From assembly GCA_963712275.1 (NCBI GenBank), contig CAVQHD010000001.1:960001-1024000 (forward strand): a stretch of DNA of 64,000 nt. Reading direction: 5' to 3'. The position numbers and the translations under genes were made by a program. This document shows, one piece after another, positions 45,684-58,152 of the stretch (position 1 is its first letter; every line of letters begins with the position of its first letter). Below the pieces are notes generated by a model, which made no database searches, was not told the DNA's origin, and saw only the letters and a list, made by a program, of their open reading frames with translations. The stretch comes from an uncultured Rhabdochlamydiaceae bacterium. Lineage in GTDB: Bacteria; Chlamydiota; Chlamydiia; Chlamydiales; Rhabdochlamydiaceae.

Positions 45684-48600
45684 ATGCTAAAACACGCACC
45701 CGAGCGTATCAGTTTCCGAGAGAGGGAAGAAATTATTGATCTTCCAAATCTCATTGAGATTCAGTTGAAATCATACCGTGAATTTTTGCAGGCGGAGATC
45801 CTTCCGCATGAACGACAAAATGTCGGTTTGCAAGAGGTTTTTAATGAAATATTTCCTATTAAGTCTTATGACGACAAGGTAGTTTTAGAGTACTTATCTT
45901 ATAACCTTGGAGTTCCTAAGTATACGCCTGAGGAATGCATCCGCCGCGGTATCACTTTTAATGTCACGTTGAAAATCAAGTTCCGTCTGACAGATGAAAC
46001 CGGAATCAAAGAAGAAGAAGTGTACATGGGAACGCTTCCGGTGATGACAGAAAAAGGAACGTTTGTGGTGAATGGGGCAGAACGGGTGATTGTCTCTCAA
46101 TTGCACCGCTCGCCAGGGATTTCTTTTGAACAAGAGCGGCATCCAAAAGGAATTATGCTCTACTCTTTTAGGATGATTCCTTACCGTGGAAGCTGGCTAG
46201 AGGCTTCTTTTGACGCCAATGATATGATCTATATCTATGTCGATCGAAAAAAACGTCGACGAAAAATTCTTGCGACATCCTTTATCCGTACCCTTGGCTA
46301 TTCATCCGATGCTGATATTATTGAGGAGTTTTTTTCCACGCTTCGAGTCAAAATCAAATCAGAAAAAGACTTTACAAAACTAGTTGGAAAAATCTTAGCA
46401 GAAGATGTAGCTGATGCAGAAGGGAGCGTTGTCTTTGGAAAAGCCGGAGAAAAGCTGACAACTGCCATGCTGAAGCGGATGCTCGATGCAGGGATTGGGG
46501 CAATTAAAATAGCCGAAGATGCAGATGAAGTTTCCCCCATTATTAAAATGCTCGCGAAAGATCCCACCGACTCCTACGAATCAGCTCTAAAAGATTTCTA
46601 TCGTAAAATACGTCCTGGCGAACCGGCAACCCTTTCTAATGCACGTTCGACGATGATGCGCCTTTTCTTTGACCCGAAAAGGTATAATTTGGGCCGAGTC
46701 GGACGGTATAAACTCAACCGCAAACTGAAACTTCCCACAACAGATCAAGAGCTGGAGATGGTGACCCTTCGAAAGGAAGATGTCATTGGAGCTCTAAAAT
46801 ACTTGATTAGACTTAAAAGAGGAGATAGCGATGTCTCCGTTGACGATATTGATCATCTTGGAAATCGTCGAGTTCGATCCGTTGGAGAACTCGTGCAAAA
46901 CCAGTGCCGTATTGGGCTTGCGCGGATGGAAAAAATTATTAAGGAACGGATTAATCTATTCGATTTTTCAGCAGATACATTGACTCCAGGGAAAGTCATT
47001 TCTGCAAAAGGGCTCGCCGGCGTTCTCAAAGATTTTTTTGGACGGTCGCAGTTGTCTCAATTTATGGATCAAACCAATCCTGTCGCAGAGCTGACGCATA
47101 AAAGGCGACTCTCTTCACTGGGTCCTGGAGGGTTGAATCGAGAACGCGCTGGATTTGAAGTGCGCGATGTCCACCCAAGCCACTATGGGCGCATTTGTCC
47201 TATTGAAACCCCTGAAGGTCCAAACATTGGACTCATCACTTCGCTTTCTTCCTTTGCTAAAATCAATGAACTTGGATTTATTGAAACCCCTTACCGTATT
47301 GTTCGCGAAGGAGTAGTGACGGATCAGATTAAGTATATGACAGCAGACCAAGAGGAGGAATGCGTCATTGCTCAGGCCTCAGCTCCCCTTGATAAATACA
47401 ACATGTTTGAAGAGCAGATGTGCTGGGCTCGCCATAAGGGAGAATCTCTCAAAATTGAGACATCAAAAATCACTCACATGGATGTTTCATCAAAGCAGCT
47501 GGTCTCTATTGTCACAGGGCTCATCCCTTTCTTAGAGCATGATGATGCCAACCGAGCGCTCATGGGATCTAACATGCAGCGTCAAGGCGTTCCTCTTCTC
47601 CAAACCGAGGCTCCTCTCGTTGGAACAGGACTTGAGCATCGAACTGCAAAAGACTCGGGTGCGGTGATTATTGCTGAAGAAGATGGAACAGTCGAGTATG
47701 TCGATGGCTTTAAAATCGTTATCGCTGCAAAGACAAACCCTTTGAATAAACGAACCTATGAACTGAAAAAATTCATGCGCTCGAACGCAGGCACATGCCT
47801 CAACCAAACGCCCATTTGCAATGTGGGTGATAAAGTGAGGGCCGGGGAAGTGATTGCAGACGGCTCCTCGACCGATAAAGGAGAAGTGGCGCTTGGCAAA
47901 AACGTCCTTGTCGCGTTTATGCCTTGGTGTGGATATAACTACGAAGATGCGATTATTATTTCTGAAAATCTATCGAAGAAAGATACCTTTACATCACTTC
48001 TTCTTGAAGAATTTGATTTGACGGCGCGTGATACAAAATTAGGAAAGGAAGAGATTACAAGAGATATTCCAAATATTTCTGAAGAAGCGCTTGCCAATCT
48101 TGGAGAAGATGGGATTATCCGCATCGGAGCTGAAGTGCAGCCGGGAGATATCCTCGTTGGTAAAATCACCCCCAAATCAGAAACGGAACTCGCTCCGGAA
48201 GAGAGGCTCCTTCGAGCGATCTTCGGAGAGAAAGCAGCCGATGTGAAAGATGCTTCACTCACAGCGCCTCCTGGAACTGCAGGGCGCGTCATGGGAGTAA
48301 GAGTCTTTAGCCGAAGAGACCGCCTTTCTAAAACAGACGATGAACTTGTAGAAGAGGCGACCGGCCTAAAAGATGTTCATCAGGAATACAAGAATAAAGA
48401 AGGCGAGCTTATAATGGAGCTCCATGAAAAGCTAGGTGCTCTTCTCCTTGGAGAAAAGGCCCCCGGTTCTATCATGCATCGAAAAACAGGCGATGTGCTC
48501 ATCAAAGAGGGAGAGACGATTACCCAAGAGATGCTTGAAAATCTCGAAGCGGAAAAAGCGGAAGATCTTCTCCTATCGGATCATGAAATTTACGAGACCC

Positions 48601-49475
48601 TCAAACAAATCCTCCGAGAGTTTGATGTCAAGATGGAGACGCTTCAGACGCAGTATAAGACAGAAATTGAGCATATCAAGAAAGGGGACACAGAACTCGA
48701 TCCTGGAGTGATTCGGCAAGTGAAAGTCTATATCGCGACCAAGCGGAAGCTTCAAGTCGGAGATAAAATGGCAGGACGGCATGGAAACAAAGGAGTCGTC
48801 TCTAAAATTGTTCCGGAAGCCGATATGCCGTACCTATCTGATGGGACCCCTGTTGAGATGATTTTGAACCCTCTGGGAGTTCCTTCTCGTATGAATATGG
48901 GACAGCTTTTAGAGACCCATCTAGGCTATGCAGCTAAAAAAGCAGGAATCTACGTTAAGACACCTGTTTTTGAAGGGTTTCCAGAATCGCGCATTTGGGA
49001 GATGATGAAACAAGTTGGCCTCCCGGAAGATGGTAAAATGTGGCTCTATGATGGCCGTACAGGCGAGCGTTTTGATAACCGAGTCGTGGTTGGCTACATC
49101 TATATCCTTAAGTTAAGCCATCTTGTCGCTGATAAGATTCACGCTCGCGCCATTGGTCCTTATTCGCTTGTGACTCAGCAGCCGCTGGGGGGTAAAGCGC
49201 AGTTTGGAGGACAACGTTTTGGAGAGATGGAAGTATGGGCGCTTGAAGCCTATGGAGCAGCCCATCTTCTCCAAGAAATGCTGACCGTTAAGTCAGACGA
49301 TGTGATTGGCCGCACTCGGATTTATGAATCGATTGTTAAAGGGGATAACATCCTGGAAGCGGGAACGCCTGAATCATTCAACGTTCTCGTCAAAGAGATG
49401 CAAGGTCTTTGCTTAGATATTCGCACGGAGGCTGTAGAGCAAGAAGCGGCAGCTGAAGAGAACACAAAGAAGTGA
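45684..49475 (+). CDS. rpoB: RNA polymerase beta subunit
   Basis: [35 protein letters not shown]. Confidence 0.99.
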   Translation: MLKHAPERISFREREEIIDLPNLIEIQLKSYREFLQAEILPHERQNVGLQEVFNEIFPIKSYDDKVVLEYLSYNLGVPKYTPEECIRRGITFNVTLKIKFRLTDETGIKEEEVYMGTLPVMTEKGTFVVNGAERVIVSQLHRSPGISFEQERHPKGIMLYSFRMIPYRGSWLEASFDANDMIYIYVDRKKRRRKILATSFIRTLGYSSDADIIEEFFSTLRVKIKSEKDFTKLVGKILAEDVADAEGSVVFGKAGEKLTTAMLKRMLDAGIGAIKIAEDADEVSPIIKMLAKDPTDSYESALKDFYRKIRPGEPATLSNARSTMMRLFFDPKRYNLGRVGRYKLNRKLKLPTTDQELEMVTLRKEDVIGALKYLIRLKRGDSDVSVDDIDHLGNRRVRSVGELVQNQCRIGLARMEKIIKERINLFDFSADTLTPGKVISAKGLAGVLKDFFGRSQLSQFMDQTNPVAELTHKRRLSSLGPGGLNRERAGFEVRDVHPSHYGRICPIETPEGPNIGLITSLSSFAKINELGFIETPYRIVREGVVTDQIKYMTADQEEECVIAQASAPLDKYNMFEEQMCWARHKGESLKIETSKITHMDVSSKQLVSIVTGLIPFLEHDDANRALMGSNMQRQGVPLLQTEAPLVGTGLEHRTAKDSGAVIIAEEDGTVEYVDGFKIVIAAKTNPLNKRTYELKKFMRSNAGTCLNQTPICNVGDKVRAGEVIADGSSTDKGEVALGKNVLVAFMPWCGYNYEDAIIISENLSKKDTFTSLLLEEFDLTARDTKLGKEEITRDIPNISEEALANLGEDGIIRIGAEVQPGDILVGKITPKSETELAPEERLLRAIFGEKAADVKDASLTAPPGTAGRVMGVRVFSRRDRLSKTDDELVEEATGLKDVHQEYKNKEGELIMELHEKLGALLLGEKAPGSIMHRKTGDVLIKEGETITQEMLENLEAEKAEDLLLSDHEIYETLKQILREFDVKMETLQTQYKTEIEHIKKGDTELDPGVIRQVKVYIATKRKLQVGDKMAGRHGNKGVVSKIVPEADMPYLSDGTPVEMILNPLGVPSRMNMGQLLETHLGYAAKKAGIYVKTPVFEGFPESRIWEMMKQVGLPEDGKMWLYDGRTGERFDNRVVVGYIYILKLSHLVADKIHARAIGPYSLVTQQPLGGKAQFGGQRFGEMEVWALEAYGAAHLLQEMLTVKSDDVIGRTRIYESIVKGDNILEAGTPESFNVLVKEMQGLCLDIRTEAVEQEAAAEENTKK

Positions 49476-49485
49476 TGAGGGAGAA

Positions 49486-52400
49486 ATGGAAGGATTTCAA
49501 AATTCGCAATTTGATAAGTTGACAATCAAAATTGCTTCAGAAGATGTTGTTCGTAATGAATGGTCGCGAGGTGAGATTAAAAAACCTGAGACAATCAACT
49601 ACCGTACCTTTAAACCTGAAAAAGGAGGATTGTTCTGTGAAAAGATCTTTGGGCCTACCCGTGACTGGGAATGCGCTTGCGGAAAGTACAAAAAAATTAA
49701 GCACAAAGGAATTATCTGCGATCGTTGCGGCGTTGAAGTGACGCTCTCCAAAGTCCGGCGGGAGCGGATGGCTCACATTGATTTGGCTGTCCCTGTCGTG
49801 CATATTTGGTTCTTTAAAACCATGCCATCCCGCATTGGAAATATTTTAGGAATGTCGACATCTGACCTCGAACGAGTGATTTATTATGAAGATTTTGTTG
49901 TCACAGATCCTGGCCGCACAACCCTGGAAAAAAAACAGCTTTTAGATGATAACCAACTCCGTGAAGCACAAGAAAAGTGGGGCTCTGATAGTTTCACAGC
50001 GCGCATGGGAGGGGAAGCGATTCGAGAGCTCCTTGAAAAAGAAGATCTTCAAACGCTTGCGCTTGATCTGAAAGATAAGCTTCGCAAAACCAAGTCAATG
50101 CAAGCGCGGATAAAGCTTGCTAAACGCCTTAAGATTATCGAAGGTTTTGTGGCATCTCCAAATAAAGCCGACTGGATGGTGATGTCATGTGTTCCTGTCA
50201 TTCCACCTGAGCTAAGACCTCTTGTCCCTCTCGATGGAGGACGGTTTGCAACATCTGATTTAAACGATCTCTACAGACGTGTCATTAACCGGAATAACCG
50301 TCTCAAGGCGATTTTAAAACTTAAAACCCCCGATGTGATTGTCCGTAACGAAAAACGGATGCTTCAGGAAGCCTTCGATGCGCTGTTTGACAATGGCCGT
50401 CATGGGACTATTGTGACAGGGGCAGGGAACCGTCCATTGAAATCGCTCTCAGAGATGCTGAAAGGCAAGCAGGGAAGGTTCCGTCAAAACCTGCTTGGGA
50501 AACGGGTTGACTATTCAGGTCGATCTGTCATCGTTGTAGGGCCGGAGCTGAAATTCAACCAATGCGGCCTTCCAAAGCAGATGGCGCTCGAACTCTTTGA
50601 GCCGTTCATTGTTAAACGGCTCAAAGATTTAGGCTATGTCTATACGATTCGTTCTGCCAAGAGAATGATTCAAAGGCAAGCGCCTGAGGTGTGGGATGTT
50701 CTTGACGAGATCATCAAAGGGCACCCTGTTCTTCTCAACCGCGCTCCAACGCTTCACCGCCTGGGGATTCAGGCATTTGATCCTGTCCTCATTGAAGGGC
50801 AGGCGATTCGGATCCATCCGCTTGTTTGCACCGCCTTTAATGCCGACTTTGACGGAGACCAGATGGCTGTTCATATTCCGCTGTCTGTAGAAGCGCAAAT
50901 CGAGGCTAAAACATTAATGATGGCGCCCGATAACATCTTCCTGCCTTCTTCTGGACACCCCGTTACAGTGCCATCCCAGGATATGATCTTGGGTCTTTAC
51001 TATCTCATGCACGATCCGCTCTATAGTCCTGAAGAACATGGCAAAAAGACAAAGCTCTTTGGAAGTACAAATGAAGTCCTTCTCGCTCTCTATGCTGGCA
51101 CGAGCTATAACCGTGAAGAAAAAGGAGTCGCAGATGAGAGAATAGATGACCTGGGCCGAGGCATTCATATTCATGAGAAGATCAAGCTCCGTCTTCCTTC
51201 AGGAATTATTGAAACCACTCCTGGACGTGTCATTTTTAATACCATCATTCCAAAAGAGCTCGGTTTCCAAAACTATGCCCTTCGAAAGAAGAAGTTATCA
51301 GAACTCATCTTAGACACGTATAAGAGAATCGGACTTGAAGCAACTGTTCAGTTCTTGGACAACTTGAAAAATCTTGGCTTTAAAGAGGCAACAAAAGCAG
51401 CCATTTCCATGGGTGTTAAAGATGTTCGAGTTCCAGAGAGTAAACAAAGAGAGATTGAACAGGCGTTTCGCCAAACCGAGGCTGTCTACGAAGACTATAA
51501 GCGTGGTGTCATGACCGACGATGAACGGATGTCGATCAATATCGGCGTCTGGACAAAAGTGACTGAATCTCTTTCAGATGAGCTTGTAAAATTGATTAGC
51601 CGTCCACAAGGGCTCGAACTGAATCCGCTCTATCTCATGATGGACTCCGGAGCTCGGGGAAATAAATCGCAAGTCAAGCAGCTGGGAGCGATGCGGGGAC
51701 TTATGGCAAAGCCATCGGGTGAAATTCTTGAATCCCCCATCACGTCCAACTTTCGGGAAGGACTTTCTGTTCTCGAGTACTTTATTTCATCGCACGGCGC
51801 TCGCAAAGGGCTTGCCGATACAGCGCTTAAAACAGCAGACTCTGGATACCTCACACGCCGTCTTGTCGACGTAGCTCAAGATGTGATCGTGACAGAACAT
51901 GACTGCGGCACGCTGAACGGTATTGAAGTGAGCGCTATCAAGCAAGGGGAAGAGGAGCTTCTCCCTCTGCGAGATCGTATTTTTGGCCGTACTGTTTGCG
52001 ATGCGATTTTCCTTCCTGGGGATCATACGAAACTTCTTGCCAAGTCAGGCGATTGTTTGAACATCAAGCAAGCTGAAGCCATTGATGATGCAGGGATTGA
52101 TGTAGTCAAAATTCGATCGCCACTCACATGCGAGGCTCGGCGGGGCATCTGTATGAAATGTTATGGCCTTAACCTTGCCAACGGAAGCCTTGTAGGAATG
52201 GGTGAAGCCGTTGGAATTATCGCTGCGCAGTCTATTGGCGAACCTGGAACGCAGCTGACAATGAGAACGTTCCACTTGGGAGGTATTGCGTCAGCCACTC
52301 TTACCCCGGAACTTGTCACAGACTTTGAGGGAATCCTTATCTATGAAAACCTCCGTACCGTTCTGAATGAGGAAGGAGTATGGATTGGACTCAATAAAAA

Positions 52401-53640
52401 TGGACTCCTCCATATTGTTCGCGATGAAGGACGGCTGCTCGACGAGTACAAGAAACTTCTTAGCACGAAGTCGATCGAATCTCTTCAAACGTTCAGTATT
52501 GAACCTGGAACACGTATTCTCCTTCCAGATGGATCCAAAGTTCAAAAAAGAGTGAAAATTGCTCAGTGGGAGCAATATAACATTCCCATTATCTGCGAGC
52601 GTCCTGGGTATGTGAAATACGAAGACCTTGTGGAAGGAATTTCAACACAGCAAGAAGTCAATAAACAGACAGGCCAATCGGAGCTGATTGTGAAACAACA
52701 CCGCGGCGAGCTTCATCCGCAAATCATGATCTACGCCGATAAAACATTCAATGAGCTCGTTGGAACATATGCAGTCCCTTCAGGAGCCTTTATTTCGGTT
52801 CAAGAAGGGCAATATGTGGCTGCAGGAACGCTCCTTGCCCGTCTTCCTCGGGGAGCTATTAAGACAAAGGACATCACCGGAGGTCTTCCTCGGGTGGCAG
52901 AGCTTGTGGAGGCAAGGCGCCCCAAGGATAGCGCTGAAATCGCTAAAATCAATGGAAAAGTCAGTTTCCGAGAAGTCCAGAAAAATAAACGTCGAGTTGT
53001 CGTTCGAGATGAAGAAACCGGCATGGAAGAGCAGCACCTGATTCCTCTTTCAAAGCACATGATTGTGCAAAATGAAGACATGGTCGTTAAAGGGCAGCAG
53101 CTCACAGATGGACTTGTTGTTCCTCAGGAGATTTTAGAGATTTGCGGAGTTCGCGAATTGCAAAAATATCTTGTGAACCAAGTTCAGGAAGTCTACCGCC
53201 TTCAAGGGGTTTATATTAGCGATAAACACATTGAAATTATCGTTCGGCAGATGCTCCAGAAAGTACGGATTACAGACCCAGGCGATACCATTTTCCTCTA
53301 TGGAGAAGATATTGATCGGAAGCATTTCCATGCTCAAAACCGTAAAGTCATCGATGAAGGAGGAAAACCTGCGCAAGGAGCTCCCGTCCTCCTTGGAATT
53401 ACAAAGGCTTCTCTGACAACGGAATCGTTTGTCTCTGCCGCCTCTTTCCAGGACACAACTCGAGTTCTCACAGATGCTGCAAGTGAAGGCAAAACCGACT
53501 TCCTGCTCGATTTCAAGTCCAACCTTATCATGGGTCATATGATCCCTGGGGGAACAGGCTTCTCTGCTTATCACAATCGAGTGAAAAAATATCTCGATCG
53601 AAGTGATGAAGAAGCGCTTGAATTCGTCTTCTCCGATTAG
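49486..53640 (+). CDS. rpoC: RNA polymerase beta' subunit
   Basis: [25 protein letters not shown]. Confidence 0.99.
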   Translation: MEGFQNSQFDKLTIKIASEDVVRNEWSRGEIKKPETINYRTFKPEKGGLFCEKIFGPTRDWECACGKYKKIKHKGIICDRCGVEVTLSKVRRERMAHIDLAVPVVHIWFFKTMPSRIGNILGMSTSDLERVIYYEDFVVTDPGRTTLEKKQLLDDNQLREAQEKWGSDSFTARMGGEAIRELLEKEDLQTLALDLKDKLRKTKSMQARIKLAKRLKIIEGFVASPNKADWMVMSCVPVIPPELRPLVPLDGGRFATSDLNDLYRRVINRNNRLKAILKLKTPDVIVRNEKRMLQEAFDALFDNGRHGTIVTGAGNRPLKSLSEMLKGKQGRFRQNLLGKRVDYSGRSVIVVGPELKFNQCGLPKQMALELFEPFIVKRLKDLGYVYTIRSAKRMIQRQAPEVWDVLDEIIKGHPVLLNRAPTLHRLGIQAFDPVLIEGQAIRIHPLVCTAFNADFDGDQMAVHIPLSVEAQIEAKTLMMAPDNIFLPSSGHPVTVPSQDMILGLYYLMHDPLYSPEEHGKKTKLFGSTNEVLLALYAGTSYNREEKGVADERIDDLGRGIHIHEKIKLRLPSGIIETTPGRVIFNTIIPKELGFQNYALRKKKLSELILDTYKRIGLEATVQFLDNLKNLGFKEATKAAISMGVKDVRVPESKQREIEQAFRQTEAVYEDYKRGVMTDDERMSINIGVWTKVTESLSDELVKLISRPQGLELNPLYLMMDSGARGNKSQVKQLGAMRGLMAKPSGEILESPITSNFREGLSVLEYFISSHGARKGLADTALKTADSGYLTRRLVDVAQDVIVTEHDCGTLNGIEVSAIKQGEEELLPLRDRIFGRTVCDAIFLPGDHTKLLAKSGDCLNIKQAEAIDDAGIDVVKIRSPLTCEARRGICMKCYGLNLANGSLVGMGEAVGIIAAQSIGEPGTQLTMRTFHLGGIASATLTPELVTDFEGILIYENLRTVLNEEGVWIGLNKNGLLHIVRDEGRLLDEYKKLLSTKSIESLQTFSIEPGTRILLPDGSKVQKRVKIAQWEQYNIPIICERPGYVKYEDLVEGISTQQEVNKQTGQSELIVKQHRGELHPQIMIYADKTFNELVGTYAVPSGAFISVQEGQYVAAGTLLARLPRGAIKTKDITGGLPRVAELVEARRPKDSAEIAKINGKVSFREVQKNKRRVVVRDEETGMEEQHLIPLSKHMIVQNEDMVVKGQQLTDGLVVPQEILEICGVRELQKYLVNQVQEVYRLQGVYISDKHIEIIVRQMLQKVRITDPGDTIFLYGEDIDRKHFHAQNRKVIDEGGKPAQGAPVLLGITKASLTTESFVSAASFQDTTRVLTDAASEGKTDFLLDFKSNLIMGHMIPGGTGFSAYHNRVKKYLDRSDEEALEFVFSD

Positions 53641-53644
53641 CAGC

Positions 53645-53763
53645 TTGATCTTCACCACAGAGAGATTGATCTTCACCACAGAGACACGGAGGAGGATGAG
53701 ATTGCACAGAGAGAAGAATTTCTCTGTGCAATCTCATCCTCCTCCGTGTCTCTGTGGTGAAGA
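53645..53763. repeat. Perfect 43-bp hairpin (family B) with a preceding 19-bp direct repeat, after rpoC
   Basis: Arms 53670-53712 and 53721-53763, 8-nt loop; TTGATCTTCACCACAGAGA repeated at 53645 and 53666. Confidence 0.85.
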
Positions 53764-53899
53764 AATGGAAATAAGCATGAATCAACAAAAGTCTAAAATA
53801 TCCATTCTAATTCCCTATGCCCTGACGCTGGGTTTTTTGTCTTTGATTAAATACATCGAAGTGCAGTAGACTAAAGCCAATCTTTCTCCACCAAAATTT

Positions 53900-54823
53900 A
53901 TGTCTTTTGTTTTAGTTGCAAAGCAGCTATCTAAAAAATTCCCAGGAAACCCTCCGGTCGTTGCCGTGGACGAGATCTCCTTTCATTTAGCAGAGGGTGA
54001 AATTTTGGGCTTGCTAGGTCCCAATGGGGCGGGCAAGACAACGATCATTCACATGCTTTTAGGGACATTAACCTATACTTCAGGATCGATTCAATACTTT
54101 GGAAAAGAATTTAAACAGCATCGAAGTAAGATTTTGCAGCAGATTGCATTTGCAAGCACCTATGTTAACCTTCCGTGGAAGCTCACGATTGAGCAAAATT
54201 TAGAAGTCTTTGGAAGGCTGTACGGGCTCTCAGGAGCTGAAATCAAAGAGCGCCGGATTCCTTTACTGGAGAGGTTTGGCATTGCGAATAAATTGAAAAC
54301 AACAGTAACCAAACTTTCAGCAGGACAGCTCACAAGGCTTATTTTAGTCAAAGCCTTTCTTGTAAAACCTAAGATCGTTCTTTTGGATGAGCCAACAGCC
54401 TCTTTAGACCCCGAGATGGCCAAAGAAGTCTGTTCTTTTCTCTTAGAGGAGAGGCAAAAAGAAGGAACTTCCATGCTCTTTACGTCTCATAAGATGGACG
54501 AAGTCGCAGAGCTTTGCGATCGTATCTTATTTTTAGAGCAAGGGAGGATCATCGTTAATGATGTGCCTCAAAACCTGATTAAAACTGTTGCTTCTCCAAG
54601 AATTGAGCTTACCATTGTCGACGGGATGAAACGCACAGTGAAACTAGCCGAGGACCTCAATATTCTTTATCGAGTAGAACACCGATGGATTGAACTCCAA
54701 ATCGAAGAAAAGTCGATTGCGGAATTCTTAGCAAAATTAGCCCGCTTAGAGATTTCCTATAGCTCCATCCAGGTTCATCAACCGACACTAGAGGATTATT
54801 TCTTGAAAATGGTGAAACGGTGA
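53900..54823 (+). CDS. ABC-2 type transporter ATP-binding protein
   Basis: GPNGAGKTT, LSAGQ, LLDEPT. Confidence 0.9.
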   Translation: MSFVLVAKQLSKKFPGNPPVVAVDEISFHLAEGEILGLLGPNGAGKTTIIHMLLGTLTYTSGSIQYFGKEFKQHRSKILQQIAFASTYVNLPWKLTIEQNLEVFGRLYGLSGAEIKERRIPLLERFGIANKLKTTVTKLSAGQLTRLILVKAFLVKPKIVLLDEPTASLDPEMAKEVCSFLLEERQKEGTSMLFTSHKMDEVAELCDRILFLEQGRIIVNDVPQNLIKTVASPRIELTIVDGMKRTVKLAEDLNILYRVEHRWIELQIEEKSIAEFLAKLARLEISYSSIQVHQPTLEDYFLKMVKR

Positions 54824-55611
54824 TGAGGTTATCGATGAGACGGTGTTGGGCCGTTTTTTTAAGATACTGGTACCTCTTTATAGAACTCGACCAAGTTGCT
54901 GACCTATTGTACTGGCCTGCCATTGATATTGCCCTTTGGGGACTGACAACAGCGTGGATCCAACATCAACAGGAAGCAGTTTCAAATGTTGCGCTCATCG
55001 TGATGACAGGACTCATTTTTTGGCAAATTGTTTGGCGAGGAAACTATGAAATATCGGTTAACCTTCTGCAAGAATTTTGGAATCGAAATCTAGTGAACTT
55101 GTTTTCAACTCCTTTGAAGCTGACAGAATGGATGGGAGGAGTGCTCCTTCTTTCATTTGCAAAAGTTTTTATCACGCTTGGGTTCGGCGCCCTTCTAGTC
55201 TATGTTCTGTATGCTTTAAATGTCTTTACGATCGGATGGGCATTTCTCCCATTTGCAGCCCTTCTCATGATGGCAGGATGGATGATTGGATTTTTAGCAG
55301 CTGCAGTGGTGATTTATTGGGGTCAGCGGTTTCAAATGCTTGCTTGGATGACAGCCTATCTCTTTGCTCCCATCAGCGCCGTCTATTATCCCGTGGCCAT
55401 CTTACCAAAATGGGCCCAGCTTCTTGCTTGGTCGCTCCCAACGACCCATGTTTTTGAAGGGATGCGAAAGGTCCTCTCAGGACATGTTTTCCCTTGGGAT
55501 GCTTTTTGGTGGAGTCTAGGCCTTAATATCCTTTATCTCCTTTTATCAATGGCCATTTTCTCTTTTGCTTTTGAGAAAAGTCGCTCAAAAGGACTTTCAA
55601 GATTTGAGTAG
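54823..55611 (+). CDS. ABC-2 type transporter permease
   Basis: About six TM segments, YYPVAILPKW, LPTTHVFEGMR. Confidence 0.88.
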   Translation: MRLSMRRCWAVFLRYWYLFIELDQVADLLYWPAIDIALWGLTTAWIQHQQEAVSNVALIVMTGLIFWQIVWRGNYEISVNLLQEFWNRNLVNLFSTPLKLTEWMGGVLLLSFAKVFITLGFGALLVYVLYALNVFTIGWAFLPFAALLMMAGWMIGFLAAAVVIYWGQRFQMLAWMTAYLFAPISAVYYPVAILPKWAQLLAWSLPTTHVFEGMRKVLSGHVFPWDAFWWSLGLNILYLLLSMAIFSFAFEKSRSKGLSRFE

Positions 55612-55707
55612 TAAAAATCTTCAAATATAAAATTTTTATTTGTAAAATTATTCTTAACTGGATATAGGTCAAATTAAAAGCCAGCTTAAAAGGCATGAGG
55701 AGAGACG

Positions 55708-57813
55708 ATGTCCCCACAAAAATTATCAGCTTGGATGCTGACATCCGTTATTATGGTCGCAACCTGTTATGGAGATGAATTAGCAAACACAGAAAAAAAC
55801 GCTCCAAAAGCTCCGCCTGAGGTGGAGTGCACATCTCCCTACCAAAACCACCATGTGGGGATTCGGCATAATGAGGCGCGGGGAGTTGGGTATAAGAAGG
55901 GGTATACGACCCTCGAAGGGTTTTTCCTGTCAGACTATTTTGGCAACACCTTTCTTCCCTTCTTAGATTTAAGGGGACATGTCTTCGATAATGGCAAGTT
56001 TGCAGGGAACGCAGGCATCGGAGCCCGCTCCCTCCTCTCCCAAATAAACCACTATGTAGGAGCCTACCTTTACTATGATGTACGGAGTGAAGATCGACTC
56101 ACCATCAATCAGCTCAGCCCTGGACTTGAGCTCGTTGGGAAACGGATGGAGTACCGCGTCAACGCTTACTTTCCCGTTGGCAAGAAAAAGAGCCGTCGTT
56201 ACGGGACCGAATTTGATACCTTTGAGGGAAACAGCCTCTTTCTCAAGAGAAAACAGAAGGACGCCCTCTCAGGAGTGGATGGAGAAGTCGGAGTCCATTT
56301 TTTCACCAAAAACACCTCCTATGATTTATTTGGTGGAATCAGCCCCTATTACCTGTGGGGCCCCCATGAATCTGCCTGGGGAGGTAAAGCACGCCTGACA
56401 GGGAGCTACAAGCAATATGTCACATTAGAGATTGCCGGCACCTACGATCACCTCTTCAAGGGAACCCTGCAGGGAAGTGTTGCGCTTCGCCTCCCCTTCG
56501 GTCCCAAACTCACCAGAAAGTCAACATCGTGCTCTCCTACCCAAGATCGAGACCTCTTGCAAACGAGAGCTGTCCAATCTCCTTACCGCTTTGAAATCCC
56601 CATGATCAAGAAGCATAAGTCCCGAACCATCGCGATCAACCCCCTCACAGGAGCTCCCTATACGTTCTGGTTTGTCAATAACACAAGCCATTCGCTCGGA
56701 ACCTTTGAAAGCCCTTTCTCGACTCTTGTTGATGCCGAAAACGCCTCAGCCCCAGGCGATGTCATCTATGTCTTTTCAGGAGACGGCACCACGAATGGGA
56801 TGTCAATGGGCATTGTGCTACAGAATCAACAAAAACTCTTCGGCGCAGGCATCCCTCAGACATTGCAGACAACTCTTGGAACTGTGCAAATCCCTCAGAT
56901 GAGCCCGCAGCTGCCTCTGATTGGCGACACGAATGCTTCAAGTATCATTATTGGGCTTGCCAACGGGAACGAAGTATCCGGTATTAATCTCCTAGGATCG
57001 ATGGAAAATAACATCGATGTGGGAGGGGGTCCTATCAACGGAGCCTCTATTCATGATAATATCATTCAAATAACAAATTCTTCTTTTGCTGGTGCAGGAG
57101 TCGTCTTTATAGGAACCGGCCTTTTCCTGGTTAACAACAACCAATTCATAGCATCGCCTGGTGAGATACCCATCACAGTGGCTCTAAATTCAGGGAATTC
57201 AAGCGTGGTTATCTCAGGTAATACGATTGAAGGGATTTTTAACTTTGCAATTGGTTTGCAATCTAATTCTGGTAGTGTTTATGATATAGAAATCACACGA
57301 AATGTGATTACCGCTCCCACGGGGGCTCCGGCTATTGAGTATACTACTATACTTGGTTCAGGCCAAACGATCATCAGCCAGAATACTCTGAACTATACTC
57401 CTTCAGTAGCATCCATTCGTCATGCAATTGAGTTTAACTATACTGCACCACAAACTTCATGTCTAATTATTGAAGGGAATCAAATTTCTACAATAACAGA
57501 TGAGGGCATCTTCATTGCAACAAGTCCTGGTGCAGGTCTTCTAAATGCCACCGTCGCAAATAATTCTATCACAACGACAGGTGCAGGAGCGAATGGAGTT
57601 ATTGCTGCAGCAGCGACAGGGTCCACCCTATGCCTCAGTCTTCAGAACAATACAGCAACCGTTGCACCAACAAGCTTTGGCTATCAGATTGCTCCTTCTG
57701 GCAGCACTGGAACGCTTAACTTAGAGCCGCCTGTAGGAAATATTGGAACCTTTGCTCCGACTGTGGGACCTGTGACTCCTGTTTCAGCAGGCACCTGTAG
57801 CTGTGGTCAGTGA
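55708..57813 (+). CDS. Inverse-autotransporter-like outer-membrane protein with beta-helix passenger
   Basis: Signal peptide; N-terminal beta-barrel-like region (NAGIGAR, YLYYD, NAYFPVG); GTFESPFSTL/GDVIYV; I-x-x-N-x-I beta-helix repeats. Confidence 0.75.
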   Translation: MSPQKLSAWMLTSVIMVATCYGDELANTEKNAPKAPPEVECTSPYQNHHVGIRHNEARGVGYKKGYTTLEGFFLSDYFGNTFLPFLDLRGHVFDNGKFAGNAGIGARSLLSQINHYVGAYLYYDVRSEDRLTINQLSPGLELVGKRMEYRVNAYFPVGKKKSRRYGTEFDTFEGNSLFLKRKQKDALSGVDGEVGVHFFTKNTSYDLFGGISPYYLWGPHESAWGGKARLTGSYKQYVTLEIAGTYDHLFKGTLQGSVALRLPFGPKLTRKSTSCSPTQDRDLLQTRAVQSPYRFEIPMIKKHKSRTIAINPLTGAPYTFWFVNNTSHSLGTFESPFSTLVDAENASAPGDVIYVFSGDGTTNGMSMGIVLQNQQKLFGAGIPQTLQTTLGTVQIPQMSPQLPLIGDTNASSIIIGLANGNEVSGINLLGSMENNIDVGGGPINGASIHDNIIQITNSSFAGAGVVFIGTGLFLVNNNQFIASPGEIPITVALNSGNSSVVISGNTIEGIFNFAIGLQSNSGSVYDIEITRNVITAPTGAPAIEYTTILGSGQTIISQNTLNYTPSVASIRHAIEFNYTAPQTSCLIIEGNQISTITDEGIFIATSPGAGLLNATVANNSITTTGAGANGVIAAAATGSTLCLSLQNNTATVAPTSFGYQIAPSGSTGTLNLEPPVGNIGTFAPTVGPVTPVSAGTCSCGQ

Positions 57814-58152
57814 TTTAGAAGCTGAGTTACAGCTTCTTAAAGACGGCTTGCTAGCAGCTGCTCGAGCTTAACGATGTCTTTTGCAAAGGTGCGGATGCCT
57901 TCATAGAGCTTGTTGGACGCCATCGCGCTATCGCAGAGCATCCATCGGAAGGTTTTTTCATCCACTTTAGTAGGAGAAAGAGCTGTTTTTTTAGCGGCGT
58001 CAGGAGAAAGTTTACGAGGGATGGGAGCGTCGGATGAGTAGAGCTCATCGAGCAGTTTTGGAGCAATGGTTAAGAGGTCGCAGCCGGCAAGTTCGACAAT
58101 CTCTTCCTTATTTCGGAAGGAAGCTCCCATAATTTGGGTTGGGATGCCAAAT
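57738..58152. repeat. 415-bp direct repeat, left copy (3' end of the OM protein gene + duplicated 3' part of tal)
   Basis: Appears identical to 60059-60473. Confidence 0.92.

Noticed and set aside
45894..53679. Antisense ORFs within rpoB and rpoC
   Set aside because: Expected shadows of long conserved genes, with no recognisable motifs
53528..53869. Short ORFs sharing FTTETRRRMRLHRE on both strands (similar TETQR at 45080-45589)
   Set aside because: Translation artefacts of the palindromic element
57837..58130. Second transaldolase gene (97 aa)
   Set aside because: Only the 3' fragment within the IS-generated 415-bp duplication; lacks the catalytic N-terminal part
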